Shown in pieces: positions 8,842 through 17,084 of a DNA stretch of 59,254 bases. Within the stretch, counting starts at the first letter, position 1, and each line of letters opens with the position of its first letter. Origin of the DNA: a bacterium (GTDB lineage Bacteria > Patescibacteriota > JACMRA01); NCBI GenBank assembly GCA_043778555.1, contig JAYWFY010000045.1:1-59254 (forward strand). The letters run 5' to 3'. The notes under the pieces are model-generated. The model made no database searches. It saw only the letters and a program-made list of their open reading frames with translations, and was not told where the DNA came from. The position numbers were made by a program, and so were the translations under genes.

Positions 8842-9048
8842 TTATTTGTTTATAATATCAAGGCTTTTTGCACCTTCAATTGTACCAATGTGCATACCTA
8901 GCCACATTTTTGCTTCTTGAAGTTTGGTAATCACAAGCGATAATTCTCTTGAGCCTGTTTCTTTTCTTAGCTCGTTAATTAGATTTTGAATTTCAATTCT
9001 TTTTTCTGTAAATTGAGTTGTTGTTGGATTGTTGTTAATATTTTGCAT
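8842..9048 (-). CDS. Hypothetical early protein
   Basis: 68-aa ORF in the early operon. Confidence 0.5.
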   Translation of the reverse strand: MQNINNNPTTTQFTEKRIEIQNLINELRKETGSRELSLVITKLQEAKMWLGMHIGTIEGAKSLDIINK

Positions 9049-9208
9049 AAGATTACTAAGTTATTTTTTATGGTTTTGAAGACTAGTTGGGTTCACCTTG
9101 GGATATAAGATTATTTTTTAAAATTGATAGGCTGCAGTAAGTATTGAAGTAAAAGAAGTATAAAAAAGATAATTGCTCCAGTTATAAAAACAAGTGAGAT
9201 TAAAGCTA

Positions 9209-9409
9209 TTATTTGGAGTGGTGATATTTGACACAGGCTAGTATTGCACATATAAATAAGATTATAAACAGTATTGCCATGTTACGAACATTGATTATTA
9301 CTGCTAAAAATACTGACATAGTTAGATTTGGATATTTGTACCAAACACATAATGAAAAGAAGATTATGGCGAGCAACAAGGCGGAGATTTTGAGTTGGTT
9401 ATTTGGCAA
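9209..9409 (-). CDS. Small membrane protein (start uncertain: TTG, or internal ATG)
   Basis: 66 aa with two hydrophobic stretches (ALLLAIIFFSLCVW, ILFIILFICAILAC). The start listed in the track is a TTG. Confidence 0.4.
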   Translation of the reverse strand: MPNNQLKISALLLAIIFFSLCVWYKYPNLTMSVFLAVIINVRNMAILFIILFICAILACVKYHHSK

Positions 9410-9611
9410 GGTATAGGCTGGTTTTAGGGTTTGTAGAGTAGTTTATTGTCATTTCAGACAGGGTCAACTGTTACGTCAATTGTTTTATTTAATTCTATTA
9501 TTGACGACTAACAGAGGCATGTTTAGGGCTTTAAACCAATATCATCTCTTAAACTACTATTAAAATCTACTCTTAAAAGTTCTATTAAACTGTTTTGACA
9601 GCGGTTAAATT

Positions 9612-9782
9612 TTAGTTATTGTTTAAAGTTTTAAGATATTCTCGTTTAATAAACTTTTTATCTATTTTCTCACCAGTGTACGGGTCAAAAATAAACCAAG
9701 TAAAGTCAACTTTTTTAGTAAACATTTTAATGTTCATATTTTTTACATCACTAAATAATTTAGTTTTTGTGCTGTAGCTCAT
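9612..9782 (-). CDS. Small ORF (56 aa), below the ORF-track cutoff
   Basis: Hand translation: MSYSTKTKLFSDVKNMNIKMFTKKVDFTWFIFDPYTGEKIDKKFIKREYLKTLNNN*. It fills a gap upstream of rusA. Confidence 0.35.
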   Translation of the reverse strand: MSYSTKTKLFSDVKNMNIKMFTKKVDFTWFIFDPYTGEKIDKKFIKREYLKTLNNN

Positions 9783-9835
9783 AGGCAAATAAAAGTCTTT
9801 AACAAAGAAGTTTATTCTCGTTGCGGAGAAAAATT

Positions 9836-10234
9836 TTATGATTTAATTATTAGAGGTTCAAGAAATATCTCTACCCGAGGGTTATCTTTATCAATCTGCA
9901 CTGGCATTTGGATATGAAAATCAACCCATTTGTCTTCTGTATAAACATTGCCTTTACACCAGTCTTTGAGGGCTTTGGTGAAGTTGGAGATGTCAGTACG
10001 CTTTGATGCCATAAATATTTTGATTTGATACACGTGCTGTCGCTCAAATGTAGGAACATCTAATTGCCATTTTTGATTGTCAAGTAACTTTTCTTGGAAT
10101 TTAAACCATTCGCAGTGACATTGATTTTCCCAATAACGATAGACTTTAGATTTTACCATACCCGCTTTACCACCCCTTGCTGTTGGAATGCGGAGGTTAT
10201 TGTCTGTTGGTGGAAGTGGAAGAGTTAGGATCAT
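9836..10234 (-). CDS. rusA: RusA-like Holliday-junction resolvase
   Basis: 132 aa with N-terminal LPLPPTDNN and central TDISNFTKALKDW..YTEDKWV, resembling the RusA D..N..K..D....DD pattern. Confidence 0.55.
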   Translation of the reverse strand: MILTLPLPPTDNNLRIPTARGGKAGMVKSKVYRYWENQCHCEWFKFQEKLLDNQKWQLDVPTFERQHVYQIKIFMASKRTDISNFTKALKDWCKGNVYTEDKWVDFHIQMPVQIDKDNPRVEIFLEPLIIKS

Positions 10235-10236
10235 TG

Positions 10237-10614
10237 TTATAGTTTTTTAATTGCTTTGATTAGCTCTTCTAAGATTGTATCTGTTAGACCATCAAGAGCA
10301 ATATTTATTTTGTAATAATCCTTATTTGACAAGTTACAACGACCCCATCTTGGATCTTCCCGCTCGTCCTTTTCTTGGCTTGGTAAAGTCTTATCCACCC
10401 ACTCACTAAAGCGGTTTTGGTTAAGGTCGATTGCAGGCTTTATTAAATAACAGTCTTCACTTGCATATCTAAAATATTCAATTTGAAAATCGTCTCCTTT
10501 CATATATTGAATTATATAATTATCTGACTCCCACATCGGCAAGCCTTTAGCTTGCACAAGTTCTGCGAGGTCTAGTTGAAGTTTTAGGTTGGTTTGGGTT
10601 GGTTGTGTGGGCAT
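10237..10614 (-). CDS. Hypothetical early protein
   Basis: 125-aa ORF with a 2-nt gap to rusA. Confidence 0.55.
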   Translation of the reverse strand: MPTQPTQTNLKLQLDLAELVQAKGLPMWESDNYIIQYMKGDDFQIEYFRYASEDCYLIKPAIDLNQNRFSEWVDKTLPSQEKDEREDPRWGRCNLSNKDYYKINIALDGLTDTILEELIKAIKKL

Positions 10615-10619
10615 AATGA

Positions 10620-11006
10620 TTATATTTTTTTAATTTCTTCGATTATCATTTTTGGTACTCCAGTTTCATGTTTAACCACATGACTATACACATTTTTGGT
10701 ATTCTTATGTAAATACTCCAAAATATCACGGTAAGTCTGGTAAGCAAGCGGATTAGCACTACCTGCCCACATTTTCGTTGAAGAGGTAATAAGTTTTTCT
10801 TGACACATTTGTTCAAGTACTAGCATTTCTTCATAACTGCATTCTTTTTCTATCTTGTCATTAATTTTTATCTCTTGATTCTTATATTGAACTTCATCAA
10901 AAAGTGGTGTGAATTGACCACATACTGCCCTGTGTACTAGCTCAACTGAGTTAGCTATGAGGTGTAATTGTTCTTCTGTAATTGTTATTTGGTAAATTTT
11001 TGACAT
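10620..11006 (-). CDS. Hypothetical early protein
   Basis: 128-aa ORF, tightly packed. Confidence 0.55.
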   Translation of the reverse strand: MSKIYQITITEEQLHLIANSVELVHRAVCGQFTPLFDEVQYKNQEIKINDKIEKECSYEEMLVLEQMCQEKLITSSTKMWAGSANPLAYQTYRDILEYLHKNTKNVYSHVVKHETGVPKMIIEEIKKI

Positions 11007-11010
11007 AGGC

Positions 11011-11574
11011 TTATAGTTTTTTAACTTCTTCCAACCCAGCGATTGCCGAGTCGTATTCTGATTTTAAGTAGATTTTGCCGTGGACTTTAATTGTCTGAGG
11101 CTCTGATTCTGGTGGTTCAACACGCTGGACGGCGTAGTAGGGAAAGAACATATAGCATAACTCATATGAGATACCATAACAGGTATCATGCGTTTCTGTA
11201 ATTTGGCATTCTTGACCTATTATGTTAGGTTGAGTTATTAACCAACTTTCATAATCTTCACATTTTTTAGCCTCCTCAGTAACCACAACCCAATCCCCAA
11301 CCGCATATACCTCAGGCTTGACAGTAGCTGGTTCTACTAGCTCGAATCTGCCTTTGTAGTTGTCTCGCCATTCATACCAAGCAGAGTAGTCAATTCCCTC
11401 AATATCGCCTTGCCCGTACCATTTTGTTGATACATAGCCATTTTTAAGTGGTAAAAATATCAAGACTTGCACTTTACCTTCTCCCCACGGATTACTCTGA
11501 ATTTTGACATGCACACCGACTTTTGATTCCTGTACGATTTTTTGTAGTTGTCTGTAAGTTACAAATTTTGACAT
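11011..11574 (-). CDS. Hypothetical early protein
   Basis: 187-aa ORF, tightly packed. Confidence 0.55.
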   Translation of the reverse strand: MSKFVTYRQLQKIVQESKVGVHVKIQSNPWGEGKVQVLIFLPLKNGYVSTKWYGQGDIEGIDYSAWYEWRDNYKGRFELVEPATVKPEVYAVGDWVVVTEEAKKCEDYESWLITQPNIIGQECQITETHDTCYGISYELCYMFFPYYAVQRVEPPESEPQTIKVHGKIYLKSEYDSAIAGLEEVKKL

Positions 11575-11600
11575 AATTAGTTATTTTTTAAAGTTTAAAA

Positions 11601-11951
11601 TTAGTTTGAGATTCCCAAAAAAGATTTGATTTTCTGGAGTATGTTTGGTTTAGCAAATTGGTCACGCCTGATCTTTTGTTCATTCCAAAAGTCTTGATCT
11701 CGTTTTGAGGTTTGAAGATTTGTAAGTGTTTGCTCAAACCATTTACCGTGTTCGTCTTCCATGATTTCCGCTGCAATTTCCTCTGTGGTTTTGACACCGA
11801 CAACACTTGGCATCTGATTTTTGTGATTTTCTGGGAAAGGTTTGGTTGAAGTTTTTTTGTAAGTTGCTCCGTAATCGTAATCACTGATTTCAATTACTGA
11901 TTTGTTTTTACGATTGGTTTGAGGAGTTTTGGATTTGTTGGATTTGGTCAT
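11601..11951 (-). CDS. Hypothetical early protein
   Basis: 116 aa. Preferred over the overlapping 11588..11893 frame, whose product is K/Q/S-rich and looks like junk. Confidence 0.5.
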   Translation of the reverse strand: MTKSNKSKTPQTNRKNKSVIEISDYDYGATYKKTSTKPFPENHKNQMPSVVGVKTTEEIAAEIMEDEHGKWFEQTLTNLQTSKRDQDFWNEQKIRRDQFAKPNILQKIKSFLGISN

Positions 11952-11962
11952 TGGTAGGGTTG

Positions 11963-12592
11963 TTAAAAGGTTTCTTGTTGTTTTACTGCAATCTGTCGAA
12001 GGGTTAATCGGTAACTTTCAGCCATAAACTTGGTTGGAACACACAAGCCCAAAATCCTGTCTACAATTCGCCTGTAGTCTTCATCTTTGTTTTGCAGATC
12101 TTCTAGTACAAGGTTAGTAGTGATGATTGTCTGTAGATTTTGGTTATACCGATAGTCAAAAATCTCAAACAACTCCCTCTTGATTGCCTGTATAGCTCGA
12201 GGTGTGCCTTGCACTTCCCAAAGATCGTCTAGGATCAATAAATCTGCTGTTTTAGCTTCTTCAATGGTTATTCTCGCAGCGTATCGTCTATCTTCTTCAA
12301 ACCCGTTCTTGTCGGCAACATAGTTCTCAAAAAATGCCATTTCAAGGAATGTTGGTAACTCTCGGTACCTTGCAACTTCAAAACCGCTTGGAAACTTGTC
12401 ACATATCCAATCTCTCAAAAAAAGTATTGCTTGAGTAGTTTTACCGTTGCCAGAAGTCCCAAAAAGTATCCTAGAATCTGTAAGTTTGATTCTTTGATCT
12501 CTCTCAGTTTCTGAGATAAGGTTGCCTGTCAATCTAGGGTTTTGGAAGTGTCCAAATTCTAGGAATGATTTGATTATTTGGAGTTTAGTCAT
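11963..12592 (-). CDS. DnaC/IstB-like AAA+ helicase loader
   Basis: Walker A LFGTSGNGKTTQA and Walker B LLILDDLW. It lies directly downstream of the initiator gene. Confidence 0.65.
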   Translation of the reverse strand: MTKLQIIKSFLEFGHFQNPRLTGNLISETERDQRIKLTDSRILFGTSGNGKTTQAILFLRDWICDKFPSGFEVARYRELPTFLEMAFFENYVADKNGFEEDRRYAARITIEEAKTADLLILDDLWEVQGTPRAIQAIKRELFEIFDYRYNQNLQTIITTNLVLEDLQNKDEDYRRIVDRILGLCVPTKFMAESYRLTLRQIAVKQQETF

Positions 12593-12597
12593 AAATT

Positions 12598-13404
12598 TTA
12601 AAATACGTCGTAATGAATTTTTGGTTGTGGTTTTTCGGGCTGTACCCAGGCAGATTTGGTTGATTTGTCTTTAGGTTTTTGATTAAAATTTTGTGGTTCT
12701 TGGTACTCAAAAACTCCCGTCCATCCGTTTTTGATTGATTTTTCGATAGCTCTTTTTTGCTTATCAATATCTCCAATATGCCAAGATTCAAGGTCTTTTA
12801 CGATCAAATCTATAGCTTTTTGAGTAGTTGGAGTTTTTTTACACTTCCTGACTTCTACCAAATCCAGTAAAGAATTTTTTACTTCTAAATTTATCTCTAA
12901 AGATTTTAAATATTCTTCTGCATCAAATTTTTGAACAACTTTTTTTATTTCTTTTTTTATTGAGTTATCTTTTCTTGTGAGTTCTATTTGTTCTTGTGAG
13001 TTAGAGTAAACGTCATTTACTAGGGGGGGTAAATCTCCTTGACTACCCTTGTCAATCTCCTTTACTAGGGGGTAAATCTCCTTTACCGCTATTTCGTCTT
13101 CGTGATCTTGGAGTTTTACTGCTTTTGCCACCTTGATATTCTCAGTACAGATAGTGTAAAAACTACTTGAAAATCCCCCATCTTTACGTACAATCTTCTT
13201 TCTGTTTATCACTTGCTTTTCTACCAGATAGTTCAAAGCTTTGATGACCGTTGGTTTGGACAAGTCAGTGTCTTCACAGATTTTATTGATACTTGGAAAA
13301 CAAGTCTGGTTGTTATTAGCTCTCATGGCTATAGAGCGAATCAAAACTATAAAAGCGTGGTTGTCTGTTACTTGTTGTAATATTTCTTGAGTTAGTATGA
13401 TCAT
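12598..13404 (-). CDS. Replication initiator-like protein (N-terminal winged HTH)
   Basis: N-terminal wHTH-like segment (FPSINKICEDTDLSKPTVIKALNYLVEKQVI). The gene is paired with the loader and contains iteron-like repeats. Confidence 0.5.
   Translation of the reverse strand: MIILTQEILQQVTDNHAFIVLIRSIAMRANNNQTCFPSINKICEDTDLSKPTVIKALNYLVEKQVINRKKIVRKDGGFSSSFYTICTENIKVAKAVKLQDHEDEIAVKEIYPLVKEIDKGSQGDLPPLVNDVYSNSQEQIELTRKDNSIKKEIKKVVQKFDAEEYLKSLEINLEVKNSLLDLVEVRKCKKTPTTQKAIDLIVKDLESWHIGDIDKQKRAIEKSIKNGWTGVFEYQEPQNFNQKPKDKSTKSAWVQPEKPQPKIHYDVF
13016..13083. repeat. Iteron-like direct repeats inside the initiator gene
   Basis: TTTACTAG-G7-TAAATCTCCTT (13016-13040) and TTTACTAG-G5-TAAATCTCCTT (13061-13083), with an extra AATCTCCTT between them. 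Confidence 0.7.
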
Positions 13405-13405
13405 T

Positions 13406-14365
13406 TTAGTTTAAAGTTAATTGGTTTGTAGTAGGGTCTCCGTTTAAAATGGAACACTTTAGCATGCCTAATTTCTTCAAAAGCCAGTTTTGACCTTTCT
13501 CAGTTATTAGAGTTTGATATGATACTTTTTTCTCACCATATTTGTCTCTCCAAGGTTTAGGAATTACTTCAAAATATTTGTCATCTACATAATTTTGGTA
13601 TGGGACATTATTCATTCTCAAAATATTTAGATCTCTGCACTTCTCAAAAAGTGTATTGCGACCAAAAGGTAATCTCATGAGTTGAGCTGCTAGAGAAAAG
13701 TCAAAAGCATCTTTGGATTGTAGCAAGTGATCTGCAAATTCTACCTTTGGAGCGTCAACTTGTATCTTTTCTAGTAGTGGCTTCGTTTCTAGCTGTACAA
13801 GGGTCTTGTATGCCGTGGCAACTTCTGCACTATCATTAGAAAAAAGTTTGAGTAATAGAGCTTGACGTTGGTCTACGACTGGTTGAATAATTTGTTTGGA
13901 CTTTTCCTCACAGGCTATAAAATACTTACGAGCCTCTTTACCTTTTTTGGTTTTGGACACCATACAGATTTCTTTTGCCATATCAATTGACAAGTAATAA
14001 TCTGTTTTGTTGTTTTCATGCGGTTTCTCAAATTTGAGAAAGTCTTTTTGACTTGCAAACTCATAATCTGTGATCAGTCTTTTAATCCAATCTGCAAATT
14101 TAGTTCGAACTTGTAAAAATTTGTGTAAATTCTCACCGTCAACTCTACCATTTGGTAAAACTTGGATGAGTGATAAGTCAACTTCTTGACTAGATTTATT
14201 ATTTTGTTCAGTATTAGATAAATATCCTATACTAATTTCAGCTCTCTCGTAGGAGCTGTTTTCATTGGGCTGGTTTGGTGTGAACATAAAATGTTGGGGG
14301 GGTTTATAATATCCTATACTTTTTGAACCGATTAAGATTCTTAAAAAGCTAGTTGCAATTCTCAA
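13406..14365 (-). CDS. Antirepressor (AntA/B-like N-terminal part plus KilA-C/ANT C-terminal part)
   Basis: ..HKFLQVRTKFADWIKR..DYYLSIDMAKEICMVSKTKKGKEARKYF.. and ..ADHLLQS..FSLAAQLM..FGRN.LF..CRDLNIL... The track start is a TTG. An ATG at about 14287 (MFTPNQP) is more likely. Confidence 0.6.
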   Translation of the reverse strand: MRIATSFLRILIGSKSIGYYKPPQHFMFTPNQPNENSSYERAEISIGYLSNTEQNNKSSQEVDLSLIQVLPNGRVDGENLHKFLQVRTKFADWIKRLITDYEFASQKDFLKFEKPHENNKTDYYLSIDMAKEICMVSKTKKGKEARKYFIACEEKSKQIIQPVVDQRQALLLKLFSNDSAEVATAYKTLVQLETKPLLEKIQVDAPKVEFADHLLQSKDAFDFSLAAQLMRLPFGRNTLFEKCRDLNILRMNNVPYQNYVDDKYFEVIPKPWRDKYGEKKVSYQTLITEKGQNWLLKKLGMLKCSILNGDPTTNQLTLN

Positions 14366-14398
14366 ACTACTGGAGAACTACAATCAGCTTTCTAGGCT

Positions 14399-14632
14399 TT
14401 AATTTTGCTTTTTAGATTTACAAATATTTTCCCACTCAGGATTAATTATCCAGCCCTGCTCAGTCTTTACAAACTTTTCTTTTTCAGGGTTTTGGTCGGG
14501 ATAGGTCAAAAGAGATTCTAGGACACGGATGAGCTTGTCAGCACTGTCTTTGAATTGGTTTTGACTAACCTCTTTGTGGACTTGTTCCAGTGCCATTTCA
14601 GCGGTTTGGGGGTACTTGGTGAAGACAGACAT
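14399..14632 (-). CDS. Hypothetical first gene of the leftward early operon
   Basis: 77-aa ORF bordering the divergent regulatory region. Confidence 0.5.
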   Translation of the reverse strand: MSVFTKYPQTAEMALEQVHKEVSQNQFKDSADKLIRVLESLLTYPDQNPEKEKFVKTEQGWIINPEWENICKSKKQN

Positions 14633-14752
14633 ATAGATTATTTTGGCAATACAAAACCTGTCCCTGTTTTGGGTTTGGCTTGGCTGTAGATTTAGAGATT
14701 GTTATTTTTACCTTTTACGCCATGCAGGCTTACCGAGGGTTTATTTTTAAAG

Positions 14753-14826
14753 TCTCAGTAGATAGTCCCCTCTTCTTTCCAACTTGTAATTGACATACTT
14801 GGGAGTGGTAAGACTATCTACTCAGA
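14753..14826. repeat. 15-nt inverted repeat TCT(C/G)AGTAGATAGTC in the switch region
   Basis: Arms at 14753-14767 and 14812-14826 (14/15 complementary) enclose a TTGACA. Confidence 0.75.
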
Positions 14827-14835
14827 TTTCATATT

Positions 14836-14864
14836 TTGACACATTGAGTTTTTGGATAGATAAT
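14836..14864 (+). promoter_or_regulatory. Rightward promoter of the switch region
   Basis: TTGACA-17-GATAAT. Confidence 0.5.
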
Positions 14865-14914
14865 TGTTTTTGGTATCAGTTTTGATTTTACCATTTACAA
14901 TTACCTTTTTACTT

Positions 14915-15100
14915 ATGAATACCGATTCAGAAAACCAAAATAAAACTTTAACTAAAAAACTAATCGCTAATAAAGAAAGTCTAGTTGAGGCTTTCAACAA
15001 AGCTAATTTGTCACCTGAGCAATTTGAGATTATTTCACAACCGCTTGAGACTTACATCAAAACTTGGCAAGAAATAGCAGAGTTTATAGCTACTCTTTAG
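14915..15100 (+). CDS. Hypothetical small protein (rightward from the switch region)
   Basis: ATG at 14915 (MNTDSENQNK..), in frame inside track ORF 14864..15100. A promoter lies at 14836-14864. Confidence 0.45.
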   Translation: MNTDSENQNKTLTKKLIANKESLVEAFNKANLSPEQFEIISQPLETYIKTWQEIAEFIATL

Positions 15101-15311
15101 TTGCGGAGTCTCTAGTTTCCTGAGCAGTCCACATTCCTTTTTTGACTTCATTCATCATATATAAGATTTTGGATCTGTTATCAATAAGGTCAATATTACT
15201 TGGCTGTAGTTCTTGTTGGACTGTTTCCAGCAAGCTTAAAATATTTTTTAGCTTGGTCTCTGCCTCACTAGTGTCAAGGTCGAGCTTGGCATGAATTATT
15301 GTATCAGGCAT
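15090..15311 (-). CDS. Hypothetical small protein
   Basis: ATG (MPDTIIHAKLD..) inside track ORF 15090..15383. Helical, coiled-coil-like sequence. Confidence 0.45.
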   Translation of the reverse strand: MPDTIIHAKLDLDTSEAETKLKNILSLLETVQQELQPSNIDLIDNRSKILYMMNEVKKGMWTAQETRDSATKE

Positions 15312-15416
15312 AAGAAAAATTAGATATTTAGATTTCAAGATTAATGTACAACAGCCAGTCACAAGTTTGATATTACCCCACACTCAGTAGCGTTTGACTG
15401 TTGCATTCATAATCTA

Positions 15417-15526
15417 TTTGGAGTTTTCTATTGCCTCGTAAATTCTGAAATTCCCTTTCTAACAAAAAAGCTTGTGAGATTTCATATTTTTACTTGGCTA
15501 GTGACAATCACTTAGAAAACTCCAAA
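15417..15526. repeat. 14-nt perfect inverted repeat TTTGGAGTTTTCTA / TAGAAAACTCCAAA
   Basis: Arms at 15417-15430 and 15513-15526, separated by 82 nt. Confidence 0.75.
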
Positions 15527-15536
15527 AGAATTACTT

Positions 15537-15565
15537 TTGACTGGATAGTAGATTTGGGATTTAAT
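15537..15565 (+). promoter_or_regulatory. Promoter for 15616..15879
   Basis: TTGACT-17-TTTAAT. The spacer contains GATAGTAGATTT. Confidence 0.4.
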
Positions 15566-15615
15566 TTTACTTGGTAGTCCGACAAGATTAACCAAAACCC
15601 AAATTATTTTATTTT

Positions 15616-15879
15616 ATGCTTACACCTTTCCAAATAGCTGAACTCAAAAGAGTGGCTACAAGTTACAAAGATCTAACTTCTTTAATCGTTTCTAACAACC
15701 AAAGTGTACATGAGCTTATCAATACTTTTTTACCAGAAGAGTTTAAAGTCCAAAATCGAGATATTTTATTATCAATTGTTTCAGAAGCAAAAAATCTAAA
15801 TACTAAGATTGAAAATCATACCCAGCTACTTACTAGCCTTGTTGAGTCTCTAGACCAAGATTACCCTGCATCTTTGTAA
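15616..15879 (+). CDS. Hypothetical small protein
   Basis: 87-aa ORF downstream of the promoter at 15537-15565. Confidence 0.5.
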   Translation: MLTPFQIAELKRVATSYKDLTSLIVSNNQSVHELINTFLPEEFKVQNRDILLSIVSEAKNLNTKIENHTQLLTSLVESLDQDYPASL

Positions 15880-16068
15880 GTTTTTTTTGCATTTTTTTAA
15901 TCATTCTTAAAGTTTTTTTTATATCAATGGTGACTTTAAACTCTTCAGTTTTTAGGACATTGGTTATTTTGTTGTCTAATATTGTTAAAGTTGGATCTTT
16001 CATAAAGTTATTGATTTTAATTTACCCATCACGCCATTATTACGACGATCAAGCGATTATTGGACATT

Positions 16069-16098
16069 TTGACAAAACATTAAAAATCTGATTATTAT
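16069..16098 (+). promoter_or_regulatory. Promoter of a candidate small transcript
   Basis: TTGACA-18-TATTAT. Confidence 0.4.
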
Positions 16099-16225
16099 AC
16101 TTCTTACTTGAAGGACTAAACACACTTAAGAATCCTATATTTTAACCTATATTTTGCTATGTTTGACTTTCTCGTCGAACGTTGGACTGTATTTTCCAAT
16201 TTCGACTCCAGCTAAATTATTTTAC

Positions 16226-16279
16226 AACGCTGCTTTGCGTTACTTTTTTTGCTCACTTTTTAGTGGGTGAGACTTTTTT
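16226..16279 (+). terminator. Tandem terminator-like hairpins
   Basis: AACGC-tgcttt-GCGTT plus T7, then CTCAC-N10-GTGAG plus T6. Confidence 0.4.
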
Positions 16280-16511
16280 GACTGTGAAATATTGGCTACA
16301 AATTGATATTTACTAGCTAATAGGATTATAAGAAAAATTGCAAATGTTGTCAATTCACTCATAGAACTTGACTAATTATAGCAATATGTTTTATAGTTAA
16401 ATAAAGCTTAAATCAATACATATATTACAAGTAAATTACTAATTAATACTTTCATATTTTTAATCAATTAGTCAAAGTACATTGACATAACTAACAAAAC
16501 CTATTAACATT

Positions 16512-17006
16512 ATGATACAACCTAAAAAACAATTTTTAGAAACACTTACAAAGCTAAATTATTTAGAAATGACAAATCACGATTTATTGTGGGACATGAT
16601 GGCTAAAACTTTTCATGAAAATATTCCCAAACCAAAATACGATACAAAATACAGGGGTTATGTTGATTGCAAAACTACACTTGCAATTGTCAACGCTGGT
16701 ATAAAAGACGGCTGGGTAAGAACTATCCCAAACCCTGAAGCAAAAAGCTCAAAAGAAGATGAAAATGTTTTGGTAGCTATTGAAGATGTCGATTTTTACC
16801 GCCACATTGCCACTATGTTTTCCAAGGCTAAGTCCAAAGAAATTATTAAAGAAGTGGAAATCATGGGCTTAAAAAAGTATGAAGTCGTAAGTTTTAAATC
16901 TCAAGGAAAAAGTTTAGCAAAACATAAGTCCAAAATTATGGCTGATTTTGTCGATGACTATCTCAAAACTTTTTATAATGTTGACCTCCAAAGCGTTTTA
17001 AAATAA
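16512..17006 (+). CDS. Hypothetical accessory ('moron') protein
   Basis: 164-aa ORF in the plus-strand island. No motif recognised. Confidence 0.55.
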   Translation: MIQPKKQFLETLTKLNYLEMTNHDLLWDMMAKTFHENIPKPKYDTKYRGYVDCKTTLAIVNAGIKDGWVRTIPNPEAKSSKEDENVLVAIEDVDFYRHIATMFSKAKSKEIIKEVEIMGLKKYEVVSFKSQGKSLAKHKSKIMADFVDDYLKTFYNVDLQSVLK

Positions 17007-17011
17007 AAAGC

Positions 17012-17042
17012 TTGACAACTAATCCCAAACCATCTTTAATAT
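17012..17042 (+). promoter_or_regulatory. Promoter for 17085..17708
   Basis: TTGACA followed at 17-19 nt by TTTAATAT. Confidence 0.45.
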
Positions 17043-17084
17043 TAGTAACTCACTCAGAGTTATTTTTTGTTGTTTATCCCCTTT

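Noticed and set aside
11588-11893. Alternative frame overlapping 11601..11951
   Set aside because: The product is K/Q/S/T-rich with no structure-like pattern. The other frame has a better composition and better operon spacing.
12585-12791. 68-aa ORF overlapping the 3' end of the initiator gene
   Set aside because: It is out of frame inside a longer and more plausible gene, with a basic, low-complexity product.
14818-15000. Minus-strand 60-aa ORF in the switch region, plus the N-terminal extension of 14864..15100
   Set aside because: It overlaps promoter elements and the plus-strand gene. The extension starts at a non-ATG codon inside the -10 box.
15833-16003. 56-aa minus-strand ORF (MKDPTLTILDNKITNVLKTEEF..) convergent with 15616..15879
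   Set aside because: It overlaps the 3' end of the plus-strand gene by about 47 nt and has no recognisable promoter. It may be real, but I judged it unsupported.
16482-16510. TTGACA-17-TAACAT immediately upstream of 16512
   Set aside because: The -10 ends 1 nt before the ATG, so transcription would start inside the codon or ORF. Either the gene starts at an internal Met, or the upstream TTGACT-18-TATAGT (16368-16397) is used. This is unresolved.
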